Source: Candidatus Micrarchaeia archaeon (GTDB taxonomy: Archaea > Micrarchaeota > Micrarchaeia > Micrarchaeales > CABMGC01). From it: a stretch of 18,201 bases of DNA. The translations under genes were made by a program, and so were the position numbers. The stretch covers positions 1 to 18,201 of the forward strand of contig JBMFWW010000003.1 of NCBI GenBank assembly GCA_049964835.1, read 5' to 3'. The notes under the pieces are model-generated. The model did not search any database, was not told the origin of the DNA, and was given only the letters and a program-made list of their open reading frames with translations. Shown in pieces: positions 1 through 8,460 of the stretch (the first letter of the stretch is position 1; the number at the start of each line of letters is the position of its first letter).

Positions 1-123
1 GGTTGTTGTGGTTGTTGTTGGTGTTGTTGTTGGTGTTGTTGTTGGGGTTGTTGTGGTTGTTGTTGGGGTTGTTGTTGGAGTTGTTGTTGGGGTTGTTGTG
101 GTTGTTGTTGGGGTTGTTGTAGT
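1..123 (-). repeat. Coding tandem repeat (ACA/ACC/CCA units) encoding TTTP/TTTTTTP
   Basis: gttgtt-rich imperfect 12/21-bp units; the minus strand reads TTTTPTTTTTTPTTTPTTTPTTTTTTPTTTPTTTPTTTTTT. Confidence 0.95.
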
Positions 124-906
124 AACTTGATTTACAGTTACTGCGACTGGCTGTGAAACTACAGAATCACCATTGCTATCTGTAGCAACTATTTCAAAGT
201 AATAAGTACCTACAGATGAAGGAGCATCTTCCCAAGATGTTCCATAAACATTTGCATGGCTATATCCAGAAGCTCCAGGAGCTTTGTATAACCAGTAATA
301 ATTATAACCGCCAGTACCTCCAGAAGCGCCCCCATCACTAAGAATTACAGTATTACCTACAGTTATGCTTGATGATGAAGTAATTGGATTATCTACAGTT
401 AAAATAGGATTTGCTGCGCCTCCTGAAAATTCACACGCTACTTTTTGATCGTTAGTTCCAGTAATACCACATTTAGCAACTACAGGACTTGAATATGCCG
501 CTTCGTCATTACTATCTATAACCCTTAAACAGTAATAAACGTTGAATGAGTTTTGATTAGGATATACTGCATAAAGAGGTAAATTTCCATTACCATTTGT
601 ATCATATTCAAAAGATGCAGGATTTGAAGAAGTTATAAATGGATTTGAGCTACAAGAAGATGATAAACCAACGAGCCATTGATAAGTGTAACCGCCAGTA
701 CCGCCAGATGCAGTGCCTGTCATTGAAAATGAAGGTTGTGAAGTTCCAGCATCACCATTAGTTACATATAACCAACCGCTAGGATATGAAGATATTCCTG
801 CAGAAACTCCAGAAGTTGTTGATGCGTATATATTATTTATACCTTTTATAGATGCAAATAAAAATAACATCACTAATATTAACAAAATATAATTATTCTT
901 TACCAT
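1..906 (-). CDS. Secreted/cell-surface protein with two Ig/PKD-like repeats and a Thr/Pro-rich linker (5' part only, runs off the window; not in ORF track)
   Basis: Manual translation from ATG at 906 is open to base 1 (302 codons). It begins with a signal-peptide-like stretch MVKNNYILLILVMLFLFASIKG. Two related motifs follow (ASGGTGGYTYQW...YYCLRVIDSN and ASGGTGGYNYYW...YYFEIVATDSN), then TTTP repeats. GTGGAG SD-like motif just upstream. Confidence 0.85.
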   Translation of the reverse strand, partial: MVKNNYILLILVMLFLFASIKGINNIYASTTSGVSAGISSYPSGWLYVTNGDAGTSQPSFSMTGTASGGTGGYTYQWLVGLSSSCSSNPFITSSNPASFEYDTNGNGNLPLYAVYPNQNSFNVYYCLRVIDSNDEAAYSSPVVAKCGITGTNDQKVACEFSGGAANPILTVDNPITSSSSITVGNTVILSDGGASGGTGGYNYYWLYKAPGASGYSHANVYGTSWEDAPSSVGTYYFEIVATDSNGDSVVSQPVAVTVNQVTTTTPTTTTTTPTTTPTTTPTTTTTTPTTTPTTTPTTTTTT

Positions 907-1074
907 TATAACTCCACTGGATTAATATATTTTTCCACGTATATATATCTTTTGCAAAATTAATGCAAACATTTAAATACTAGCACTCAAATACGTGAAT
1001 AAGAGTTTACCCTGATTTTAGCCATGGTAATAATTTTATTTAGAGTTCTAATCTCTAAGCTTACGTATCTAAAA

Positions 1075-1163
1075 TGGTGCAGGGGGAGAGATTTGAACTC
1101 TCGCACCCGCTATGGGAACGGGTCCTAAGCCCGTCGCATTTGGCCAAGCTCTGCCACCCCTGC
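1075..1163 (-). tRNA. tRNA-Leu(TAG), CCA encoded
   Basis: Reverse complement folds as a cloverleaf: acceptor GCAGGGG/CCCCTGC-A-CCA, anticodon arm ACGGG-CTTAGGA-CCCGT, long variable arm, T arm GAGAG-TTCAAAT-CTCTC. Confidence 0.97.
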
Positions 1164-1385
1164 AAAATAATAAACGTATTTTATTTATATTAATATATTA
1201 AATTATCTGAAAGTAAAGAATTTTTTAGTTGTATACTGTTTTAGTGAATTATATCAAATTTTGATAATTTTTTTCATTCTGCATTATTAGATATTTTAAT
1301 TTATTTTTTAATCATACATTAGGTATTTATAATTTGTAGTATTAAAATGATTATTTATTAGCTTTGATTTATAAAAAGTTGAGAT

Positions 1386-2702
1386 GTGAAGATGATTAAT
1401 GCAAAATATGTAAGAGATAATATTGATAAAATTAGAAGTTCTATGGAAAAAAGAAAAAGTGATTATCCCATAGATGAACTTTTAAAGTTAGATGAGCTAG
1501 TAAGATCAATACAGACACAGATACAGAACCTTCAAAAACAAATAAATATAGGTAGCAAAGAAATCTCTGAAGCTAAGAAAAGTGGCATTGCTGTAGATCA
1601 AAGTAAGGTACAAAGGCTTGCAGAGATCGGCAAAACAATTGTTGAATTGGAAGAACAGTCATTAAAAGATACTGAAAGGCTTGATGGTCTTTTAATCAAT
1701 ATGCCAAATATTCTTGATTCGACAGTGCCTTACGGAAAAGATGATAGTGAAAATTTAGAGATTAAAAGAGTAGGGCAAATGAAAAAGAAAAATATTCCAC
1801 CGCACTCTGAAATACTTGAAAAACTTGGACTTTTGGATCTTGAACAGGCAGCGAAGGTTTCAGGAGCTCGTTTTTACTATTTGAAAGGAGATCTTGCTCT
1901 TCTAGAACAAGCATTGATTAGGTTTACAATAGATAAGCTTACTGAAAGGGGATATGAATTAATAGCACCACCATTAATGTTAAGAAAGGAGTATTATAAA
2001 GGAAGTACATCTTTGGCAGACTTTCAAGAAGCATTATATGAAGTGGGAGATACCACTGAGGTTAAAAAGGCTAAGAATATGGAATCTTTGGAAGAAAACT
2101 TGTTTTTAATATCAACCTCTGAACATGCAATAGCAGCACTCAACGCTGAGAAGGTTTTTTCTGGAAATGAACTTCCTAAGAAATTTTTAGGTGTAAGTCC
2201 TTGTTTTAGGAGAGAGGCCGGATCTCATGGTAAGGATACAAAGGGTATATTTAGAGTGCATAATTTTTACAAAGTAGAGCAATTTGTAATTTCAAAGCCT
2301 GAAGATTCAGAAAAGTACTTTAAGGAAATTATGGACAATGCAGAAGAAATATGGAAACTTCTTGAAATACCATATCGTGTCATAAATATATGTACAGGAG
2401 ATATAGGTACAGTTGCAGCTAAAAAGTATGATATAGAAGCATATATGCCAGGACAAGATAAATTTAGGGAGATGGTTTCTGGATCAAACTGCACAGATTG
2501 GCAAAGCTTAAGGCTTGATATAAAATATGATGAAGGAGGAAAAAGACGTTATGTACATACACTTAACTGCACAGGCATAGCAACTGAAAGAGCTATTGTT
2601 GCAATAGTAGAGAATTATATAACAGAAAAAGGAAGTATAAAGATTCCAAAGGTATTAGTACCTTATATTAATGGAAAAACAGAAATTGGAAAGATAAATT
2701 AG
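1386..2702 (+). CDS. serS: Seryl-tRNA synthetase (GTG start; ATG at 1392 is an alternative)
   Basis: N-terminal coiled-coil arm, LISTSEH, motif 2 SPCFRREAGSHGKDTKGIFRVH, EMVSGSNCTDWQ, motif 3 HTLNCTGIATERAIVAIVEN. Confidence 0.97.
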   Translation: MKMINAKYVRDNIDKIRSSMEKRKSDYPIDELLKLDELVRSIQTQIQNLQKQINIGSKEISEAKKSGIAVDQSKVQRLAEIGKTIVELEEQSLKDTERLDGLLINMPNILDSTVPYGKDDSENLEIKRVGQMKKKNIPPHSEILEKLGLLDLEQAAKVSGARFYYLKGDLALLEQALIRFTIDKLTERGYELIAPPLMLRKEYYKGSTSLADFQEALYEVGDTTEVKKAKNMESLEENLFLISTSEHAIAALNAEKVFSGNELPKKFLGVSPCFRREAGSHGKDTKGIFRVHNFYKVEQFVISKPEDSEKYFKEIMDNAEEIWKLLEIPYRVINICTGDIGTVAAKKYDIEAYMPGQDKFREMVSGSNCTDWQSLRLDIKYDEGGKRRYVHTLNCTGIATERAIVAIVENYITEKGSIKIPKVLVPYINGKTEIGKIN

Positions 2703-2761
2703 AATTTCAAAATTATAATAAGGTATTTAATTTTTTGCAGTGTAAAGGTATTGATGAGAAA

Positions 2762-2938
2762 ATGAAAAGCATGATGAAATCTAATATAAGCATATTGATG
2801 GGAATAATCATAGGGCTTGCCGACATATACTGGACATACACAAGTTATTTTGATACATTATGGCTTGCGCTAGGAGTAATAATTTTTATAGCAGATTTGA
2901 TATGGCTTTGGATAGATATAGGCTTTAGAAAGAATTGA
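2762..2938 (+). CDS. Small two-TM membrane protein
   Basis: Two hydrophobic segments with an internal repeat (IGLADIYW / IFIADLIW). ATG at 2762 (or 2771) preferred over TTG at 2735. Confidence 0.7.
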   Translation: MKSMMKSNISILMGIIIGLADIYWTYTSYFDTLWLALGVIIFIADLIWLWIDIGFRKN

Positions 2939-2947
2939 GGTTTTTTT

Positions 2948-3613
2948 GTGTTAAAAAATAATGTAGCTTTATTTATGTTTATGATTTCCTTAGCGTCACT
3001 TGGTTTTATCTTTAATGCTTATGGCCAACAAGGCATAGGAACTTCAACAATTACTATAAATCCTAACCAAATATCATTAAATGCTGGGCAAAATGCAAAT
3101 GTAAATTATACAGTTTCACTAGCTACCGGAAACACTTGGGGAACTACAATACAAGTTGTAAACCAAAGCATGCTATCTTCACAAGGAATAGCAATTTCTT
3201 TTAATAATAATGGACAAGATCCACCATTTAGCGGTGCAGCAACGGTAACATTAAGTTCAACTGTAAAATCAGGAAGTTATAGGATACTATTTCAAGCGGT
3301 TGGTGATGATCCATCTACAAACTATGGGGTTTTAGAGCTAACAGTAAATACACCAAATATATCAAAAACTCAAACTAATACAACAACTGTGAAATCAAAT
3401 ACAACGATTAGCAAAAACCAAAGCTCTATTCCAAGCACTACCAAGACCACAACACAAGCAGCTACAGTTTCTGCATTGAATACCACTGCAACTTTAGACT
3501 CAAAATCATTACAAGGACAGTACCAAACAACAAATCAGTATCCATTATATTTGTCCATAATAGCTGTAATTATACTATTTTTGTTAATAATAATTAGGCT
3601 AAAGACATTGTAG
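2948..3613 (+). CDS. Secreted, C-terminally membrane-anchored Ig-like surface protein with Ser/Thr-rich linker
   Basis: N-terminal signal peptide; beta-rich domain (ITINPNQISLNAGQNANVNYTVSL...GSYRILFQAVG); S/T-rich spacer with NxT/S sequons; C-terminal TM helix with a basic tail. Confidence 0.8.
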   Translation: MLKNNVALFMFMISLASLGFIFNAYGQQGIGTSTITINPNQISLNAGQNANVNYTVSLATGNTWGTTIQVVNQSMLSSQGIAISFNNNGQDPPFSGAATVTLSSTVKSGSYRILFQAVGDDPSTNYGVLELTVNTPNISKTQTNTTTVKSNTTISKNQSSIPSTTKTTTQAATVSALNTTATLDSKSLQGQYQTTNQYPLYLSIIAVIILFLLIIIRLKTL

Positions 3614-3621
3614 CTTATTTA

Positions 3622-3646
3622 ATTAAGTAGCTTATTGCTACTTAAT
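3622..3646. promoter_or_regulatory. Perfect 10-bp inverted repeat (ATTAAGTAGC-N5-GCTACTTAAT) 14 bp upstream of aRF1
   Basis: Directly visible; could be a hairpin or a protein-binding site. Confidence 0.4.
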
Positions 3647-3660
3647 ACATTTGTGTTAAA

Positions 3661-4854
3661 ATGAAAAGCGAATATAATATTATAAAAGAACTCAAGCGTT
3701 TAAAGTCTATACGCGGTTACGGTACGGAACTGATTAGTGTTTATGTGCCTGCAGGATTTCAGCTTAGTGAGGAAATTAATAGGTTACGACAGGAATATAG
3801 CGAATCTTCAAATATAAAATCTAAGCAGACAAGAGGCAATGTTCTTAGCGCTATAGACAAGATAATAGGTTATTTGCGATTATTTAGAGAAACGCCTAAG
3901 AATGGATTAGCTGTTTTTTGTGGCAATGTTTCTGATAATCAAAGCAAGGTTGAAATAGAGTTATTTTCTATAGAACCTCCTTCACCCATAAATGTAAACA
4001 TATACCGATGCGACTCTACCTTTCTTTTGGAGCCTTTGGAAATATTAATAGACAATAAAAATACTTACTGTTTACTAACTATGGATGGCAGAGAGGCAAC
4101 AATAGGAATACTTAAAGGAGCACATATACAAGTTTTGAGAAGACTTAACTCTACTGCACATGCAAAGGTCAGAAAGGGAGGACAATCCGCAAGAAGATAT
4201 GAACGTTCAATAGAAGAAAGTATTGGAGAGTATGTAAAAAGAATAAGTGAAAGTATAAATGATATCTTTGTAGCAAATCAGTTTAAGATTAATGGAGTAA
4301 TAGTTGGAGGACCTGGACCTGCAAAAGAAGGTTTTATAAAAGGCCATACTCTGAATTATCAAATTAAAATTCTTGGAGTTTATGATGTAGGTTATACAGA
4401 TGAATTTGGTTTGCATGAAATAGTTGAAAAGGCACAAGATCTTTTAAAGGAAGAAGAGGCCGCAAAGGAGAGAAAAATAATAGAACACTTCATGCAAGAA
4501 AGGGTAAGAAATGGTCTTGCAGTATTTGGTTATGATAATACAAAGGCTGCATTAGATAGAAATCAGGTTAAAACATTAATACTTGGAGATGAATTAGAAC
4601 TACATAGAGTAAAGTACAAATGTAACACATGTGGAGCTACATTTGAAAAGGTAGAGATAGGAAAGCACAGGGAGGAAAAACATGAATGCGGGGGCGTATT
4701 AGAAGTTAGTAACGCAACAGATATAATAGAAGAGTTAATAGACCAAGCAGAGGCCTCTGGCGTTGAAGTAATTTTTGTAACAGGTGAAAGCTCTTACGGA
4801 AAAGAGTTTACAATAGGATATCAAGGAATAGGAGCTATCCTCAGATATAAATAG
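3661..4854 (+). CDS. prf1: Archaeal peptide chain release factor 1 (aRF1/eRF1)
   Basis: GTELISVYVP, NIKS motif, YRCDSTF (YxCxxxF), KGGQSARRY (GGQ), C-terminal Zn-finger-like insert CNTC...HECGG, GIGAILRY end. Confidence 0.97.
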   Translation: MKSEYNIIKELKRLKSIRGYGTELISVYVPAGFQLSEEINRLRQEYSESSNIKSKQTRGNVLSAIDKIIGYLRLFRETPKNGLAVFCGNVSDNQSKVEIELFSIEPPSPINVNIYRCDSTFLLEPLEILIDNKNTYCLLTMDGREATIGILKGAHIQVLRRLNSTAHAKVRKGGQSARRYERSIEESIGEYVKRISESINDIFVANQFKINGVIVGGPGPAKEGFIKGHTLNYQIKILGVYDVGYTDEFGLHEIVEKAQDLLKEEEAAKERKIIEHFMQERVRNGLAVFGYDNTKAALDRNQVKTLILGDELELHRVKYKCNTCGATFEKVEIGKHREEKHECGGVLEVSNATDIIEELIDQAEASGVEVIFVTGESSYGKEFTIGYQGIGAILRYK

Positions 4855-4969
4855 ATTGATTGACAATGAGAGCAAAAAACCAACACTAATTATGAATAAT
4901 AGAAAGCCACAGCAATAAATTAGAAAAAGAAAATTGAAAAGAAAAAAATAAAAACAATAGCTTCGTTTT

Positions 4970-5371
4970 TTACATTTCTGATACTATACTGCCTATCATA
5001 GATAGTACAAAACCTAGTAATGCATACCAAACTAATGCAGGAGTTGATATACTGCCTGCAAAGAGTGCTATTAATGAGATACCGCCCATTATTGAGGTTC
5101 TTCCTACCCAAAACTTTGCATTCTTATCATTTTTCATTAAGCCAAAGCTAGCTAGGAATAATCCTACTGCACTAATTACTGCTACTCCAACAAATATTGG
5201 TAGAAAGAATGATCCTGCTCCTCCGAAAAGTGTGCTGCTTGGAGCCCAACCGGACTGCAGACCAGTCAATAATGTATATGCCGCATAAAGGTATACTAAA
5301 GAACCTAGAAATGCTAGGATAAAACCAAGTACACCATTATTTCCTTTATTTTTTTCTGATGATTTTGCCAT
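4970..5371 (-). CDS. Hypothetical 4-TM membrane protein
   Basis: Four hydrophobic Gly/Ala-rich helices; GGTG SD-like motif and TTTAAATA TATA-like box upstream. Confidence 0.8.
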   Translation of the reverse strand: MAKSSEKNKGNNGVLGFILAFLGSLVYLYAAYTLLTGLQSGWAPSSTLFGGAGSFFLPIFVGVAVISAVGLFLASFGLMKNDKNAKFWVGRTSIMGGISLIALFAGSISTPALVWYALLGFVLSMIGSIVSEM

Positions 5372-5595
5372 TTGTTACACCAGATATATAAAACAGTCTA
5401 TATTTAAAAATTTTTGCCTTCAAAGAAATATGATTATGTAAAAAGTATACAAATCATGAAGAAGTTGACAAATAGAGGAATGAGATTAATTTTAATTAAA
5501 AATGAGTAGTTTTTGCTTTCTAATGCCATGATTTATGAAAAATAGGAACTTTTTTATATAAGAATATGTGGATTTCTTATTAGCATTTTTAAATA

Positions 5596-6285
5596 TTATA
5601 CACCATGGAACCAAAAGCCTTTGTCATTCTTCTTTTTGCCATTCTTCTTTCCGAATATCTTACTTATTAATGTCTGCTTCTTTGGAGTCTGTGTTTTTAT
5701 GTGCTCACCTAAAACATCAGGATGCTCCTCTGCATAACTGTTTTGCCACTCTTCGAATTTTGATCTGGTTTTCTGCTTTGCGATATTCATCTTTTTATTG
5801 TAATCATCTTTCATTAGTTGCCATTCTGCAGCAGTATAACCATAAGGTGGTCTTTCTCTTATAGAAGGAGGATCAAATTGATAGCTATACATTTCTACAA
5901 AGTAATCGAAATCTCTCTCAGAAACAGGACAGTTAGATACATTAACGCCTTCCTTTGCAAGAAATGCTATAATGTCTTCTCTACTCATTTTTTCCTTTCT
6001 GTTTCTAGCAGTTAATGGATTGTAAACAACTGTTATCTTACCTTTAGTGAACTCTACCTTTGCACGCAATACCGGTTCTAATAGCATAAATCGATATTGA
6101 AGCCTGCCTGAATTTTCTATACTTATTAACTCTTCCTTTTTAACATCTGAAAAAGTAACCTCTTTTACCATCTTATAAGGTATTCTAAACTGTTTGCCAT
6201 CAATTGTGACATACTCATCGTAGACGTCACTGTTTTTAAGATCCTTTTCGTATGCATTTACATCGTTTATTTCCCTATGGTCCAT
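5596..6285 (-). CDS. Hypothetical protein downstream of tes, central ferredoxin/HMA-like-fold segment without CxxC
   Basis: 229-aa ORF with AGGT SD-like motif. The segment LQYRFMLLEPVLRAKVEFTKGKITVVYNP...SREDIIAFLAKEGVNV follows the HMA-like pattern; the fold is inferred. Confidence 0.75.
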   Translation of the reverse strand: MDHREINDVNAYEKDLKNSDVYDEYVTIDGKQFRIPYKMVKEVTFSDVKKEELISIENSGRLQYRFMLLEPVLRAKVEFTKGKITVVYNPLTARNRKEKMSREDIIAFLAKEGVNVSNCPVSERDFDYFVEMYSYQFDPPSIRERPPYGYTAAEWQLMKDDYNKKMNIAKQKTRSKFEEWQNSYAEEHPDVLGEHIKTQTPKKQTLISKIFGKKNGKKKNDKGFWFHGV

Positions 6286-6384
6286 AGTTCTAACCTGATT
6301 ATATCATTTTTGTAAAAACAAAATGGAAAGATTAAAAGTTATAAATAAAATAAATAATAAATAAAGTATTGAATTGTATTGTTT

Positions 6385-8367
6385 TTATACTCCACCACAA
6401 CCGCAGCTTTCTCCACCACAGCCACATGAATCTTGTGTGTCTTTACCACTTTGACAATCACAGCTTCCTCCGCCGCATCCGCAAGAGTCACCTTCCTTCT
6501 CTTGTTTAGGAGAACTCTTTTCTTGTGACATGTTCATTATAGGTTGTGGTTGAGATACTGTTGAGGTACTTGATGACTTTATACCCTTTGCTGCTCTTAT
6601 ACTTTGTGCTTCTGCAACATTGACCGGTAGTGTAAAGTAATCTAACATCTTTGCATAAGTCCTTTGATATGGTTCGGTAGCTTCTATTTCCTTTACATTT
6701 CTCATATATTTGTCGCTTCTGTATGACCAGTCATGATGCATGTTTTCCCATTCCTTTGAAGGTATGCTGTACTGTTTCTGTATCTTATCTCTATATACTT
6801 CTGGGAATACATTAAATGTACAGAATGGAAGTACTCTGCCATCAGGCATTGAGTAGTGTATATCACACTTTTCTACTCTTTTTATATCGTATGAGTATTC
6901 ATCTTGGAAGTGCATCATTCCTAAGAACAATGACTTAAGCTGAAATGATCCCATAGATGAGAAGTCATGCTTGAAGATTACTGACATAAGCATTCTTGAG
7001 AAGTTTATTGATTTAGGCTGCTTTTCTTTGTCTATGTATCTTTTCATTCCTGTAACTGCTTTTAATGCTATTAATCTTCTCTGCATCTTTGACTTGCCTG
7101 ACATCTCATTTACTGCATTTTGCAAATGCTCAAGTAGACCTGCCGCATCTACAAATCTTGTGAGTGGTATTATCTTATTGTCTTTATCTGTAAAGATGTA
7201 TGAACCTGCCCCACATGCAAAGTGTATTGAAAGATCATACTTGTATTCACCAGTAAGTGCTTCTATGAACTTGTTTATACCTCCTACATACGGTACAGAG
7301 AACCAATCGTCCTTTGTTATTACACCGCCAGTTTGCTCTTCTATAAGCTTTATTGCACCAGGTATTGTTATTCTTTGTTTTTCTCTTTGTCGTGTAGGCA
7401 TTCTTCCTACCAATGATACTGGCTGGAAGTTTACTGCCTTTACAACATCTGAGTTATTTAATGCAAAGTTGATTATATTTGAAAGCTCTCCATCATTTAT
7501 TGTTCTTATTACTGTAGGTACTAGAACTATTCCGATTCCTGCCTTTCTTGCAGCGTCGAGTGTTGCTGGTGCTTCCCAATGATTCTTAGGATTAGCTCTC
7601 TTACTTACACCGTCGAAACTCATATATAATGTACTTACGCCCGCATGCCTTAGCTTGATTGCGTACTCTGGATTGTTTGCTAGATTTATACCAGTAGTAT
7701 TAAGCTGTATTTGATCAAAACCAGCTTTCTTCGCTAGATTTACTATCTCAACAAGATCGCTTCTCATTGTAGGCTCACCGCCAGTTATCTGAAGCGCATT
7801 TGCTGGAATAGGCTTTTGTGATTTCAATTCTACGAATATCTTATTTAGCTCCTCTTTCGTAGGCTCGTATATTGGTTCCCCCTCCTTTGCATAAAAGAAA
7901 CAATACCAGCAGCTAAGGTGGCATCTGTTTGTTATTACAACATTTGCAAGTCCTGTATGTGATTTGTGTCTTTCACATATACCACAATCAAAAGGACAAT
8001 TTTCTCCTTTATTTATATAATTAGGATTATCAAAACCTCTTCCGAAGTAGTTGTAATTTTTCATACGCATATACATGTCATAGTCTTCCCAGTACTTTTC
8101 TATTGCCCATCCGTGTTCAGGGCAGAACTTTCTGATCATTACATTTTCTGCGTCTTTGTATATTGTACCGTCTACTATGAGCTTACACTCTGGACATACT
8201 GTTTTTGTTCGCTCTAGCACAGGCATCTTATTTATCTCTTCCATTGTTCTATGATAAGGTGCTAGATGTAATTCCTCCTTTGGTACTGTACCTTGTTTGC
8301 TAATATCCACTACCATCTTTTGGCCACTTTTAAATGAATCAGTCAGATTCAGATTTTTGTCTCCCAT
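6385..8367 (-). CDS. tes: Tetraether lipid synthase Tes / GDGT-macrocyclic archaeol synthase (MJ0619-family radical SAM enzyme)
   Basis: Rubredoxin-like CPEC...CPEHG; auxiliary-cluster motif CPFDCGICERH; radical SAM CHLSCWYC; QITGGEPT; NFQPVSLVGR; HFACG; GMMHFQD; C-terminal RVEKCDIHY...PFC. This is the full family signature. Confidence 0.9.
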   Translation of the reverse strand: MGDKNLNLTDSFKSGQKMVVDISKQGTVPKEELHLAPYHRTMEEINKMPVLERTKTVCPECKLIVDGTIYKDAENVMIRKFCPEHGWAIEKYWEDYDMYMRMKNYNYFGRGFDNPNYINKGENCPFDCGICERHKSHTGLANVVITNRCHLSCWYCFFYAKEGEPIYEPTKEELNKIFVELKSQKPIPANALQITGGEPTMRSDLVEIVNLAKKAGFDQIQLNTTGINLANNPEYAIKLRHAGVSTLYMSFDGVSKRANPKNHWEAPATLDAARKAGIGIVLVPTVIRTINDGELSNIINFALNNSDVVKAVNFQPVSLVGRMPTRQREKQRITIPGAIKLIEEQTGGVITKDDWFSVPYVGGINKFIEALTGEYKYDLSIHFACGAGSYIFTDKDNKIIPLTRFVDAAGLLEHLQNAVNEMSGKSKMQRRLIALKAVTGMKRYIDKEKQPKSINFSRMLMSVIFKHDFSSMGSFQLKSLFLGMMHFQDEYSYDIKRVEKCDIHYSMPDGRVLPFCTFNVFPEVYRDKIQKQYSIPSKEWENMHHDWSYRSDKYMRNVKEIEATEPYQRTYAKMLDYFTLPVNVAEAQSIRAAKGIKSSSTSTVSQPQPIMNMSQEKSSPKQEKEGDSCGCGGGSCDCQSGKDTQDSCGCGGESCGCGGV

Positions 8368-8404
8368 TATAATACCTTAATTAAAAAATTATGCATCGTT
8401 CATA

Positions 8405-8418
8405 TATTTAAACTTTGT
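8405..8418 (-). promoter_or_regulatory. Putative BRE/TATA promoter of tes
   Basis: Minus strand ACAAAG-TTTAAATA about 40 bp upstream of the ATG, with an AAGGT SD-like motif nearer the start. Confidence 0.45.
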
Positions 8419-8460
8419 CCTAATTTTTAGTTATCAGTAATTTTTCATATTTTTGATATT

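Noticed and set aside
1..123. GTT-rich repeat as CRISPR array or telomere-like repeat
   Set aside because: No unique spacers; it is in-frame Thr/Pro coding sequence on the minus strand.
2267..4437. Antisense ORFs 2267-2494 and 4207-4437
   Set aside because: Shadows of serS and prf1 with no recognisable motifs.
4920..5111. Alternative-frame ORF (63 aa)
   Set aside because: Overlaps the better supported 4-TM gene on the same strand.
5568..8217. Plus-strand ORFs 5568-5864, 5818-6015, 6971-7582, 7966-8217
   Set aside because: Antisense shadows of tes and its downstream gene.
6385..8367. MoaA, pterin methyltransferase or RiPP maturase assignment
   Set aside because: The motif set matches Tes/GDGT-MAS. 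The CGCGG repeats are fused in frame and no separate precursor peptide is visible.
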